From NCBI GenBank assembly GCA_963718915.1, contig CAVRAI010000003.1, positions 480,001 to 512,000 of the forward strand: a stretch of 32,000 nucleotides of DNA. Direction: 5' to 3'. Below, one piece after another: positions 15,957-25,065 of the stretch; position 1 is the stretch's first letter, and each line of letters begins with the position of its first letter. The notes under the pieces were generated by a model. It was not told the origin of the DNA. It searched no databases and saw nothing but the letters and a program-made list of their open reading frames with translations. This DNA is from an uncultured Chloroflexia bacterium. Lineage in GTDB: Bacteria > Chloroflexota > Ktedonobacteria > Ktedonobacterales > JADMIN01. A program made the translations under genes and the position numbers.

Positions 15957-17708
15957 ATGACCATCGCCGCTCAGCAGGGATCACCACAGTTCCCACAGGC
16001 TGCCAGTGCCGTCGCCGCCAGCGACCAGACCGCCATGGACAGCGCCATCGCTGAACTCCAGGCGCGGAAAGACGCGTGGGTGGCTACGTCCGTGCCCGAA
16101 CGTATCGCGCTGATCGACCGGATGATTCATGATGTCGCCGCGATTGCCCCGCGCTGGGTGGACGCCTGTCTGCGCGCCAAAGAGATCGCGCCTGGCACGC
16201 CGGGAGTTGGGGAGGAATGGGCCACCGGGCCATACCTGATGCTCAAGCAGTTGCGCCAGTTTCGTACCGCGCTCGACGATATTCGCACGCGCGGCGTCCC
16301 GCGCATTCCCGGCCCGGTCAAGACACGGCCAGACGGGCAGATCACCGCGCAGGTCTTTCCGCAGACAACCTATGACAAGCTCTTCTTTGGCGGGTTGACC
16401 GCCGAGGTCTGGATGGAGCCAGGCGTGACGCAGGCCGACCTGCCCAAAACACAGGCGATCATCTACGCGGACAAGAACCATCCGGGCAAAGTCGCGCTGG
16501 TGCTGGGCGCGGGCAACGTCTCCAGCATCGGGCCACTCGACGCGCTCTATAAGTTGTTCGTCGAAGATCAGGTGGTGCTCTTCAAAACGAATCCCGTCAA
16601 TGCCTACCTGGGGCCGCTGATTCTCGAAGCGTTCCACACGCTGATCGATCGGAACGTGCTGCGCGTGGTCTATGGCGGCGCGGCGGAGGGCGCGTATCTC
16701 TGCGCGCATCCCGGCATCGACGAGATTCACATCACCGGGTCAGACAAGACCTTCGACGCCATTGTCTGGGGTCCGGGCGCGGAGGGCGCGGCGCGCAAGG
16801 CAACGGGGCAGCCGCTGTTGAACAAGCACATCACCGGCGAGCTGGGCAATGTCAGCCCGGTCATCGTCGTGCCAGGCCCATGGAGCGCGAGCGATCTCGC
16901 CTATCAGGCGGAACACATCGCCAGCATGCTCACCAACAACGCGGGGTTCAACTGCAACGCCACCCGTGTCATCGTCCAGCACGAGGGCTGGGGACAGCGC
17001 GAGGCGTTGCTGGCGGGCGTGCGCAGGGTGCTCGGCGGCGTGCCGACCCGCGCTGCCTACTATCCCGGCGCGCGCGACCGCTATGCGGCCTTTAAGGAGG
17101 CGCATCCCGAGGCGCGGCAGTTTGGCGCGGCCAGCGGCAGCCAGCTCCCCTGGATGTTGATCGAAGGCGTCGCGCCTGACCAGCAGGACGACATCGTCTT
17201 TACCACCGAGGCGTTCTGCGGCCTCTTTGCCGAGACGGCGCTCCCGGCGTCGAGCGTGCCGGAGTATATCGAGCGCGCGGTTGCGTTCGCCAATGACAAC
17301 ATCTGGGGCACGCTCAACGTCACGCTGCTGGTGCATCCCAAGTCGCTGAGCGACCCGGCGATAGCGGCGGCGGTTGAGCAGGCGGTAGCCAATCTGCGCT
17401 TTGGCACGGTGGCTGTCAACTATTGGGCGGGCGTAGGCTTCGCCCTTGGCATGACCACCTGGGGCGCGTTCCCTGGCCACCTGCTATCCGATATTCGGTC
17501 AGGTACGGGGGTCGTCCACAACGCGCTGATGTTCGACCGCCCACAGAAGTCGGTGATGCGTGGGCCATGGCGGGCGATGCCTGTGCCGCCGTGGTTCGTC
17601 ACACGCGCGCGCGCCGGACGCGAGGTCTTCCGCCGACTGGCCTACTTCGAGGCGTCGCCCTCGGCGGGCAAAGCTCCGGCGATTGCGCTGGCGGCGCTAC
17701 GTGGGTAA
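15957..17708 (+). CDS. Aldehyde dehydrogenase superfamily protein (long, ~580 aa form)
   Basis: GGAGG (15943-15947) lies 9 nt before ATG 15957. Motifs are LVLGAGNVSS (NAD-binding Gly motif), GELGNVSPVIV (catalytic Glu region) and NAGFNCNATRVIV (catalytic Cys). Confidence 0.85.
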   Translation: MTIAAQQGSPQFPQAASAVAASDQTAMDSAIAELQARKDAWVATSVPERIALIDRMIHDVAAIAPRWVDACLRAKEIAPGTPGVGEEWATGPYLMLKQLRQFRTALDDIRTRGVPRIPGPVKTRPDGQITAQVFPQTTYDKLFFGGLTAEVWMEPGVTQADLPKTQAIIYADKNHPGKVALVLGAGNVSSIGPLDALYKLFVEDQVVLFKTNPVNAYLGPLILEAFHTLIDRNVLRVVYGGAAEGAYLCAHPGIDEIHITGSDKTFDAIVWGPGAEGAARKATGQPLLNKHITGELGNVSPVIVVPGPWSASDLAYQAEHIASMLTNNAGFNCNATRVIVQHEGWGQREALLAGVRRVLGGVPTRAAYYPGARDRYAAFKEAHPEARQFGAASGSQLPWMLIEGVAPDQQDDIVFTTEAFCGLFAETALPASSVPEYIERAVAFANDNIWGTLNVTLLVHPKSLSDPAIAAAVEQAVANLRFGTVAVNYWAGVGFALGMTTWGAFPGHLLSDIRSGTGVVHNALMFDRPQKSVMRGPWRAMPVPPWFVTRARAGREVFRRLAYFEASPSAGKAPAIALAALRG

Positions 17709-17754
17709 TAGAAGTCCAGTCTCGCCCCCACCCCTACGAGAATGTCGAATGATG

Positions 17755-17780
17755 CCCCCCTCTCCCACAGGAGAGGGGGG
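17755..17780 (+). terminator. 10-bp GC hairpin after the ALDH gene (cccccctctc-ccacag-gagagggggg)
   Basis: Lies 47 nt after the stop at 17708. Same hairpin family as 15688-15710. Confidence 0.5.
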
Positions 17781-18113
17781 CAGGGGGTGAGGTCCGCTCC
17801 TCAGCCGCTTACCGGACAACGAACTACACCTGAGCTATAGGACAAATGGTGTAGCCGTTATGCCCGGTGTTTCGCTGCATGATACGATTGCCTCTGTTCT
17901 TATACGGTGTGTTTGACATCGCCTCATTTTTGCCTGATTCAGGAGGCGCATCCCGCACAGAGTGGGACGGAAATATGCGCGTCAGGCAAGCGGTTATTCA
18001 GACCGGCCCATGTTACCGCCGGTCTGTGCGTCCGTTCCATACTTGTGAGATGAGTTGTACATCAATTCATCGGGTCAACTAAGGGACGGCGCTGGCATGG
18101 GAGGCCGGAAGGT

Positions 18114-18770
18114 ATGCGCCTGTCAACCCGTTCCGAGCCTGGAGCCTCCGCGCAAATGGACGATGTGGCTGAGCAACAACAGCCAGCGTTGGCGAGGGAG
18201 CACAAGCGCGTGACCAGCGAGGGGTCTTCAGGAGGATCAGATTGGTCCTTTGAGCGTATTTACGACCAATACAAGACTCCCATTTTCAACTTCATCTTTC
18301 ATCTCGTGGGCAGCCGTGAGTTGGCCGACGATCTGACGCAGGACACCTTTTTCAAGGTCTATAAGGCGCTCCCGCGGATGGATGCCAATCTGAAACTTTC
18401 AGCCTGGATCTATCGGATCGCGACCAACACAGCGTACGATGCCTTGCGACGACGCAAGCTCATTACCTGGACGCAGTTGCCGGATCACGAACACGAACCG
18501 GCGGATGTCGAGCGCGCCGACCCACAACAGACCATCGGAACGATCGAGCTGGTGCGGCAAACACTCGAGCAGATGCCCAAACAGTACAGTCTGGCGATAC
18601 AGTTCTATACGCAGCACGGGCTAAGTTATGCCGAGATCGCCAAAGCGCTGGATATTACCGAGAGTGGCGTCAAGATGTTCCTGTCGCGGGCGCGCCATTC
18701 CTTCCGCGAGATTTATCGCGCGCTGGAATCGGGCACGCCCCCCGACCGCCCTCCTCGCCCGCGCAAATAA
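18114..18770 (+). CDS. ECF-type sigma-70 family RNA polymerase sigma factor
   Basis: Region 2 is DLTQDTFFKVYKAL...WIYRIATNTAYDALRRR. Region 4 HTH is LSYAEIAKALDITESGVKMFLSRARHSFRE. GGGAGG lies 9 nt before ATG 18114. Confidence 0.9.
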   Translation: MRLSTRSEPGASAQMDDVAEQQQPALAREHKRVTSEGSSGGSDWSFERIYDQYKTPIFNFIFHLVGSRELADDLTQDTFFKVYKALPRMDANLKLSAWIYRIATNTAYDALRRRKLITWTQLPDHEHEPADVERADPQQTIGTIELVRQTLEQMPKQYSLAIQFYTQHGLSYAEIAKALDITESGVKMFLSRARHSFREIYRALESGTPPDRPPRPRK

Positions 18771-18968
18771 CAGGCGCCAGCCATCCCGCTGGCGCATGGT
18801 CGCGCCGAGGGCTAGAGATGACAACGCGTACAAGGGTATCAGCGCCGAACGCTCACTGATAGACGGTGGAATCGTTGTAGAAAAGATGTCAGGTAGAAGC
18901 TGTATTGTGCATAAGCCAGTTTAAGAACGTAACCGAAAGCGGCCTGGAATATCCCGGCAACTGTTAAG

Positions 18969-20645
18969 GTGATAGAGACAGCAATGGATAACGACACGAT
19001 AGAAATGGACTGCCAGTGGGCAGAGGACGAGTTGAGCGGATACCTCGACGACGTTCTCGATCCGAAATTGCGGCGGCGCGTGGAGGCGCATCTCGCGACC
19101 TGCGAGCGGTGCCAGACGATTCTGGCGGATTATCGTCGCGCCGACGAGTTGGTGCGCGACCTGCCATTTATCGAGCCGCCGTCCGATATGCGCGACCGCT
19201 TCTTCAACTCGCCGCGTTATCTCAAGTTGGCCAGGGAGCGCGCTCACCAGCGCAGTTTCGTCACGCCACTGACGGCGGCGCTCGTTGCGGCGGCGGTGCT
19301 GGTGATTGCTCTGGGGGGCGCGCTGCTGGTTCGGCAGGGCATCGCTGGTTCGCAGACGGCGGGCAAGCAGGGTACCACGACGACCATCGGGAACAATGGC
19401 GGTGGCGCGCCGCTGGCCGCTGGCTCCCGATTGATCTATGAGCGCGGTGGGGCGCTGTGGAGCGCGCCGGAAAGTGGCGCGGGTCTTCCGGCGCAATTGA
19501 CCCCGGCTGGAACTCAGGTGGCGGGGTGGAGTGTCTCGCCCAATGGCCACATGGTCATCTATATCAATGCCAGCACTGGCGCGCTTCATAGCATCCGCGC
19601 CGACGGGCTAGACGACACCGCGATTGGCGCCGTCACTGGCGGCAAAGCGCCCTCCGCCGACTTCTGGACAACGCCCGCCGGAGCAGCCATCGCGCATAGT
19701 GTCGCATGGTCTCCGGATAACACACGAGTCGCCTATCTGGCGCAGAGCGCTGATGGCGCCACAACCCTGCACGTCATGAATGCGGCGGGATCGGCGGATA
19801 CGGCGGTGAATTCCTCCGACGCTGGGCTGATCGGTCACCTGCTCTGGAGCGCGGATAGTGTCTATATCGCCTATACGTCCGCCACACAGGCGGGCGCGCA
19901 GAGCGTCTGGGTCTACAACGTGACTACGGGGCACGCCCGCTCCTTGGCGTCGCAGAGCGATGCTGACGACTCCGCCGCGGTGGTGGGGCGGCTTGCATGG
20001 CTACCGTCGAGCGCTTCAGCCTCAGCTACAGTCACCTGGTCCGCGAGCGATGCTGGTAAGGTAATCGGTGTCTTCCGCGCCGCGGCGGACTCGAGCGGCG
20101 CCGCGCTTCGGCTGACCCATGCGGGTAGTTCTTATGCCACTGCCGATGTGTCGTCATCGGGCGCGTGGTTGCTGGCGAATGGCGCAACGTTGTGGGAGAT
20201 TGCCGCTAACCAGACGAGTCCCCATGTGGTAGCCGCGCTGGTCAACCAGGTCACGCAGATTCACTGGTCGCCTTCGGCGACGATGGCCGCGCTGGTCTCA
20301 GGTGACACGCTGATTGTCGTGACCCCAGGGCAGACGCCGGTTGTGGTGGCGCACGGCCTGACGGCGCACAGCCAGGTGGCATGGTCGCCCAGGAGCGACG
20401 CGCTGGCGTGGCAGTCGGGTCAGACGGTGATGAGCGCGCGCGTGCAAAATGGCGCGGCAGGCGATGCGAAGACGGTAGCCGCGAACGCCAACGCGAATGC
20501 GCTGGTTTGGGCGCCTGACGGCCAGAGTCTCGCGGTGCGGTCTTCTACCGGTCTGTTGCTGGTCACGGCGGATGGCGCGCACATTCGCGCGAGTGACAAC
20601 AGTGCGGCGGGCGACGGTCAGTTTGCCTGGTCGGTTGCCGGGTAA
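18969..20645 (+). CDS. Anti-sigma factor (zf-HC2) with one TM helix and a large extracytoplasmic TolB-like beta-propeller domain (start GTG 18969 or ATG 18984)
   Basis: HLATCERC is the H-x3-C-x2-C zinc-binding anti-sigma motif. The TM helix is VTPLTAALVAAAVLVIALGGALLV. Repeated blades follow: WSPDNTRVAY, WSADSVYIAY, WSPSATMAAL, WSPRSDALAW, WAPDGQSLAV. Confidence 0.85.
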   Translation: MIETAMDNDTIEMDCQWAEDELSGYLDDVLDPKLRRRVEAHLATCERCQTILADYRRADELVRDLPFIEPPSDMRDRFFNSPRYLKLARERAHQRSFVTPLTAALVAAAVLVIALGGALLVRQGIAGSQTAGKQGTTTTIGNNGGGAPLAAGSRLIYERGGALWSAPESGAGLPAQLTPAGTQVAGWSVSPNGHMVIYINASTGALHSIRADGLDDTAIGAVTGGKAPSADFWTTPAGAAIAHSVAWSPDNTRVAYLAQSADGATTLHVMNAAGSADTAVNSSDAGLIGHLLWSADSVYIAYTSATQAGAQSVWVYNVTTGHARSLASQSDADDSAAVVGRLAWLPSSASASATVTWSASDAGKVIGVFRAAADSSGAALRLTHAGSSYATADVSSSGAWLLANGATLWEIAANQTSPHVVAALVNQVTQIHWSPSATMAALVSGDTLIVVTPGQTPVVVAHGLTAHSQVAWSPRSDALAWQSGQTVMSARVQNGAAGDAKTVAANANANALVWAPDGQSLAVRSSTGLLLVTADGAHIRASDNSAAGDGQFAWSVAG

Positions 20646-21214
20646 CACTCGTTTGTCCGGGGTCGCCCTGCACTCTCCCCCTAACCCCGCCCTTCGGGCC
20701 GCTGCCGCTTCGCGCGACAGCCCCCTAAAAGGGAGGGGGAACCAGAGTGAACGAAATCGCCGGTGATACCCCATGCTGTATGTGCCAGGCTCATCACTAC
20801 GAGAACGGTCTGCTATCCCCCGACCGTTCGACCAGGGTTCTTGTTACCATTGATATAGTCTGCTTGTTTTGGCCGCCATATGCGATGATTTCCGGGCCGG
20901 TGGAACATACGTTCTGGTAACGTTTTACTGACTGCTAGCCCAAGCGGGCTAGCCCCATCTCCGTGCAGGCATCCCCAAGTACGTACACGAGTTCATGCGC
21001 TCCTGGCTGCCGTGTTTCCGGGGAAACAAGGGGGCGATACGAAGTCGCTTGACATACTGTGCTGGCAGCTAGCCCAAACGTCCCCTTGTATAGGGCAGTA
21101 TATGGCGTTATGCTTCTTTCGCTGCTTGTCAAGCTGGCTCCGGGGATCTCTCGCGCGTATGGATCGCGCATAGCCCGCAGTTCTGGCTTTCTCTGGCACG
21201 GAGGTAGGATTATC

Positions 21215-22615
21215 ATGGCACAAGCCGCCGAAAGGACGACGCCCGCGCAGAGTACATCACCAGAAGTTCAGGTGGATACGATGAGTGCAGTCCTGGCGCA
21301 GCAAGGGGCGCTTGACCGCGAGAAGGTGCTGCCACTGCCGGGCTGGCTGGTGAAGGTGTACTTCATCTTCCCGGTCATCCTCTACATCCCAGATGCCATC
21401 TTCAACTACTATGTGTACTCTGATGGCTGGAATACCGCCACCGCCAGCCCGCTGGTGCAGGTGGGCAAAGTGGCGCTGGTCTCGTTCCTCTCGATTGGCG
21501 TCGTTGGCATGGCATACCTCCTCTCGGTGCTGGCGCCGTGGCACTGGGGTCAGGGGCATCGCATCCAGGCGTTCTTCTGCGCGCTGGGCGTCATTGTGGC
21601 GACGGCCATCACGACCTGGAACAGCCTGGCCTATCGCAGTGGCAGCTTCGTCGAGTTCAAGACCGATCAGTGGGCCTACAATATCTGGCCAGACCTTAAG
21701 GCCAATCATGTCAGCATCACGATGATTCTGGTCTCGATTGCGCCGCCGTTCTGGGGTCTCTTCTGGGCGATTGTCCAGCCGACCGAGACGGGCCGCAGCC
21801 TGCGTCAGTTGCAGGAGTCCCACGCTGAGCGGCTCATGCGCGTGCAGCATGAGGCTGAGGTGAAGGGGCTCAAGGCCGAGGCGAACGCCAAGGTACGCGA
21901 GGCGCAGTTGCGTGGCATGGCCCGTACGGCTGCCGCCGCGCGCGATCAGGCCGCGGAGGTCTTGCGGCGCAAAAAGCCAGGTGAGGGCGAGACGGGCGAA
22001 CAGCCCGCGATTCCTCAGAACGCGCAGCAGACAGCTTCACAGTCTTACGATGCGAACGACTCGGGCGAGCATCCCGCGCCCCATAAGATTGTCAATTTGC
22101 CGACAGTTAGCGCGCGTGAGTCGGGACATGGCCGCACCGCCTCGTTCATGAACAGTGTCGCGCCCGCTGGCCCATCCATGCACATGGAGCCTGCCGGTGG
22201 CTCGTCATTCCCGTCGCAGTCAGCGCTCTTCGCCGATAGCGATGCCAGCGGTATGCCTGCCAGCGATACCTCCGGCAATTCGTGGACACGCCGCCCGCTG
22301 ACCCTGGCAGGCGATCTGCTGGAAGCCGACATCACCGATAACGACGCGATGACCGGCACAACTGGCCCACGCCAGGCGGTTCGCCGCTCGCCGTACGAAT
22401 CGGGCACGCTGATGCGCAGCATGAACGAGGTTCCCGCGGCATATGCCCGCGCCTACGACGAGGCGATGAGCGAGCTGAATCCGACCGGCGCCAAGAAGTC
22501 TGTCTCCGCGGCGGCGCTGAACAAGCGGATAGCTGAGAAGCTCAACATCGACGAGGCGCATGCGAAGGCTGTTGTCACACGGGTGCGCGATTCGCGCCGC
22601 ACGTCGCGTAATTAA
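21215..22615 (+). CDS. Hypothetical integral membrane protein (about 4 TM) with a charged coiled-coil and a long disordered C-terminal region
   Basis: GGAGG (21200-21204) lies 10 nt before ATG 21215. The ORF track's extension from 21059 lacks an SD and looks non-coding. No family recognised. Confidence 0.65.
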   Translation: MAQAAERTTPAQSTSPEVQVDTMSAVLAQQGALDREKVLPLPGWLVKVYFIFPVILYIPDAIFNYYVYSDGWNTATASPLVQVGKVALVSFLSIGVVGMAYLLSVLAPWHWGQGHRIQAFFCALGVIVATAITTWNSLAYRSGSFVEFKTDQWAYNIWPDLKANHVSITMILVSIAPPFWGLFWAIVQPTETGRSLRQLQESHAERLMRVQHEAEVKGLKAEANAKVREAQLRGMARTAAAARDQAAEVLRRKKPGEGETGEQPAIPQNAQQTASQSYDANDSGEHPAPHKIVNLPTVSARESGHGRTASFMNSVAPAGPSMHMEPAGGSSFPSQSALFADSDASGMPASDTSGNSWTRRPLTLAGDLLEADITDNDAMTGTTGPRQAVRRSPYESGTLMRSMNEVPAAYARAYDEAMSELNPTGAKKSVSAAALNKRIAEKLNIDEAHAKAVVTRVRDSRRTSRN

Positions 22616-22829
22616 AGTGCGTTGCGGATGCTCAGGGCATCCATCTCACCTCTATCGAGCACAGTGGGGCTGGCCAGCACGGTCGGCCCCATTGTTGTGT
22701 TGTAGCAAGGGACACCAGTACCAGATATATCCTCAACCGCGAGCGCTTCTGCTATGCTGTGAGGAAAAGGTGAATTTCGGTAGAAATGCGTAGCACGCGC
22801 AATTGGGCGAAATTGTGTTACAGGGTTGT

Positions 22830-22902
22830 CCGCCGGAAGCCCAAAGGCCCCGGCGAATCGGGTACATCAGCCCATTCGCCGTAGCGTTTACGCTACGACT
22901 TG
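22830..22902 (+). repeat. Structured ~70-nt GC-rich repeat module, copy 2 (same orientation as 3962-4033)
   Basis: Sequence ccgccggaagcccaaaggccccggcgaat-cgggtacatcagccc-attcgccgtagcgtttacgctacg. It lies about 70-140 nt upstream of the PKD gene start. Confidence 0.85.
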
Positions 22903-22970
22903 TTCGCTCGCGAACCCAGGTGGATGTCGTATCACATGATCGTACGAGATTGGTGAGGGGGCAGGGATAC

Positions 22971-24410
22971 ATGTGGCTGGCAGCGCAACAGTCTGATTCC
23001 TCTGATTCCCGGCAAAACACATCAAGGCGCATCGTGGCGCGCGTGGCGCGGTCGCTCGCGTTGGCGTTGGTCGGCGGCGCTCTGCTGATGGTGGCTTTCA
23101 CGGCGCGCCAGGCAACCCAGGGCGACGTCTTGTCAGCGCTGGCATGTGGGCTGGGCAATCCGCAGACGATGCTGGCGAATAAGATCCCCGCGCTGCTGTA
23201 TCCAGTGACGCCCAATATGCCTCAAAACGCGCCTCAGGGCGTCTTCCCGTTGGACTATGCGGTGAATACCACTATTCCCTTCACTGAGGATTTGAGCAGG
23301 GTGCCGGGCGCGCCGAAACTCAGCAGTTTTAAGTGGCGCTGGAACTTCGGGGATGGCACTGGTGATATCTTTACTGAAAGCCCTTCACACACCTTCACCA
23401 AGACCGGCACCTTCTATGTTGGCTCATGGATATGGGATACCACGACCGGCCAGTGGGATAGTTTCGATAGTGCGCAGATTCATATCATCTCCAGTATCGT
23501 GACCAATCAACCCGTGGCGAAGGCTGCCTCCGATATGGCGGTGACGGCTATTGGCCAATCGGTGACATTTGATGCCGCTGGCTCTCACGCCAGTGATGGC
23601 TCGCAACTGAAATATTTCTGGAACTTCAACGACGGCACGACCGCGACCACCGCGCATGTCGTGCATCAGTTTCCGCTCAACGGCTCGACATTCGCCGCGT
23701 TAGTCGTGACCGATGCGCGCGGGGCCCAGAGCATGGCGACTGTGAATATTACGATTCAGACGCAGGCGCCCACCGCCTCGCTATCTGCCAGCGACCTGGA
23801 AGTGGACGCGGGGAGCGCGGTCAGCTTCGATGCCAGCCAGTCGGCGCCGCCACAGGGCGTGGATGGCGATGCTATCGCGAAATATGTCTGGAATTTTGGC
23901 GACGGTACCGTCTCTCAGACGACAGAGACAGCCACGACCTCACACACCTACCAGAAAGCTGGCTCGTACAAGGTCGCGCTCACGGTCTACGATAAGCCGG
24001 GCGCGCAGGCCACGACGACGCTGACGGTCAAGGTGCTGGGCGCGGCGAGTGGCGGTCTCAGTCCGCTGGTTATCATCGGCGGCATCGCGCTGCTGGTTGG
24101 CCTGGGGATCGGCGGCTATGCGTTCTGGCAGCAGCGGCGGCGCGCCGAGATGGTACGCCGCTATCAGGAGGCGCAGGCGCTCGCGCGAGCTCGCCGTGGG
24201 CCGCGTGGGCCGCGTGCGCCGAATGGTGGCTACGGCAATTCCGGCTCCTATGGCAATGGCCGCCAGCCCGCGATGCGTGGTGGCCCACCGCAACGCTATG
24301 ACCAGCCGCCAGGGCCGAGTCAGCCAGGACATTCCGGGCCGGGGCAGCGCCGCCCGCCCTCTTCGTCCGGAGGACGTCCACCGCGCCAGTCTGGCCGCGA
24401 CGAGTGGTAG
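22971..24410 (+). CDS. Membrane-anchored protein with three PKD domains, a C-terminal TM helix and a Pro/Gly/Arg-rich cytoplasmic tail
   Basis: Three WNFGDG/WNFNDG PKD signatures (FKWRWNFGDGTG, YFWNFNDGTT, YVWNFGDGTV). An N-terminal signal-anchor (ALALVGGALLMVAF) and a C-terminal TM (LVIIGGIALLVGLGIGGYAF) are present. ATG 22971 was chosen downstream of the repeat module. Confidence 0.85.
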   Translation: MWLAAQQSDSSDSRQNTSRRIVARVARSLALALVGGALLMVAFTARQATQGDVLSALACGLGNPQTMLANKIPALLYPVTPNMPQNAPQGVFPLDYAVNTTIPFTEDLSRVPGAPKLSSFKWRWNFGDGTGDIFTESPSHTFTKTGTFYVGSWIWDTTTGQWDSFDSAQIHIISSIVTNQPVAKAASDMAVTAIGQSVTFDAAGSHASDGSQLKYFWNFNDGTTATTAHVVHQFPLNGSTFAALVVTDARGAQSMATVNITIQTQAPTASLSASDLEVDAGSAVSFDASQSAPPQGVDGDAIAKYVWNFGDGTVSQTTETATTSHTYQKAGSYKVALTVYDKPGAQATTTLTVKVLGAASGGLSPLVIIGGIALLVGLGIGGYAFWQQRRRAEMVRRYQEAQALARARRGPRGPRAPNGGYGNSGSYGNGRQPAMRGGPPQRYDQPPGPSQPGHSGPGQRRPPSSSGGRPPRQSGRDEW

Positions 24411-24450
24411 CGACGGTCGTATCGACGGGTGGCGCGCCGCGGGATGATGT

Positions 24451-24609
24451 ACTTTTACAATTTACGACGGACACAGGCATTGCAATGGGGCGCGCAGGCT
24501 GGAGCCTGCCAGCGCATGGGCCTGGGAGGCGGGAAATTCGCCGTAGCATTCATGCTACGGCCTGCCTCGCCCACCACGACGTGCGGTGTTCGGCGTAAAT
24601 TGTAAAACT
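24451..24609. repeat. ~160-bp imperfect palindromic MITE/REP-like element with 16-bp terminal inverted repeats
   Basis: Left end acttttacaatttacg (24451-24466) versus right end cgtaaattgtaaaact (24594-24609), 15/16 complementary. An internal ccgtagcattcatgctacgg hairpin lies at 24541-24560. Confidence 0.8.
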
Positions 24610-24610
24610 G

Positions 24611-24774
24611 CATAAACCGCGCCTGAATGGCCTGCGGCCACCAAGTCCGCCTGCGCGAACTCCCCAGGCACTGCTCCATTGCGTACCGATGGTGAGCGGA
24701 TCGCTGGGACCCGCGACCGCGGGTTTCGTGGCGGAGCGTGCGCAGCAGGCGAGGCCGCTCAGGCGCGGTTTATG
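24611..24774. repeat. 164-bp palindromic element with perfect 16-bp terminal inverted repeats
   Basis: cataaaccgcgcctga (24611-24626) is the exact reverse complement of tcaggcgcggtttatg (24759-24774). The interior arms (ggcctgcggccaccaagtccgcc / gcgggtttcgtggcggagc) are imperfectly complementary. Confidence 0.85.
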
Positions 24775-24775
24775 T

Positions 24776-24944
24776 CGTTTTAGGATTTGTGACGGACACG
24801 AGCATTGCGGTGAGGTGAGCAGGCCGTAGCGTTCACGCTACGGCGCATGCGAGGGCGGGGCAATTCGCTGGAGCCTTCAGGCTCCGGCACGCACCCCTCA
24901 GCAGACCGCTGGCCGGAGATTTGTCCCTCCTATTTTCTAAAACT
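24776..24944. repeat. Third ~170-bp element, homologous to 24451-24609
   Basis: The left arm cgttttaggatttgtgacggacacgagcattgcgg parallels acttttacaatttacgacggacacaggcattgcaa. The right end ...ctaaaact parallels ...gtaaaact. An internal ccgtagcgttcacgctacgg hairpin is present. Confidence 0.7.
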
Positions 24945-25065
24945 ACATTAACCGCCCGCGCTCCCATGCACCTGTGTGCTGCGTGTGTAGCACATGGACT
25001 CGGCGGACTGATGGTACACTGATAATGAAGAGATGCTGTAGCGCCAAGTGAGGAATAGAGCGTAC

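Noticed and set aside
17867-18082. 71-aa ORF upstream of the first ECF sigma gene
   Set aside because: It is Cys/Arg-rich with odd composition, has no SD, and lies in an AT-richer promoter-like region. Kept as non-coding.
21059-21214. N-terminal 52-codon extension of the membrane protein as given in the ORF track
   Set aside because: A GTG start without an SD. The extension lies in an AT-richer, structured leader, and a strong GGAGG precedes ATG 21215.
22803-22970. N-terminal extension of the PKD protein ORF
   Set aside because: It is a translation of the structured repeat module (22830-22902). The real N-terminus is most likely the signal-anchor starting at ATG 22971.
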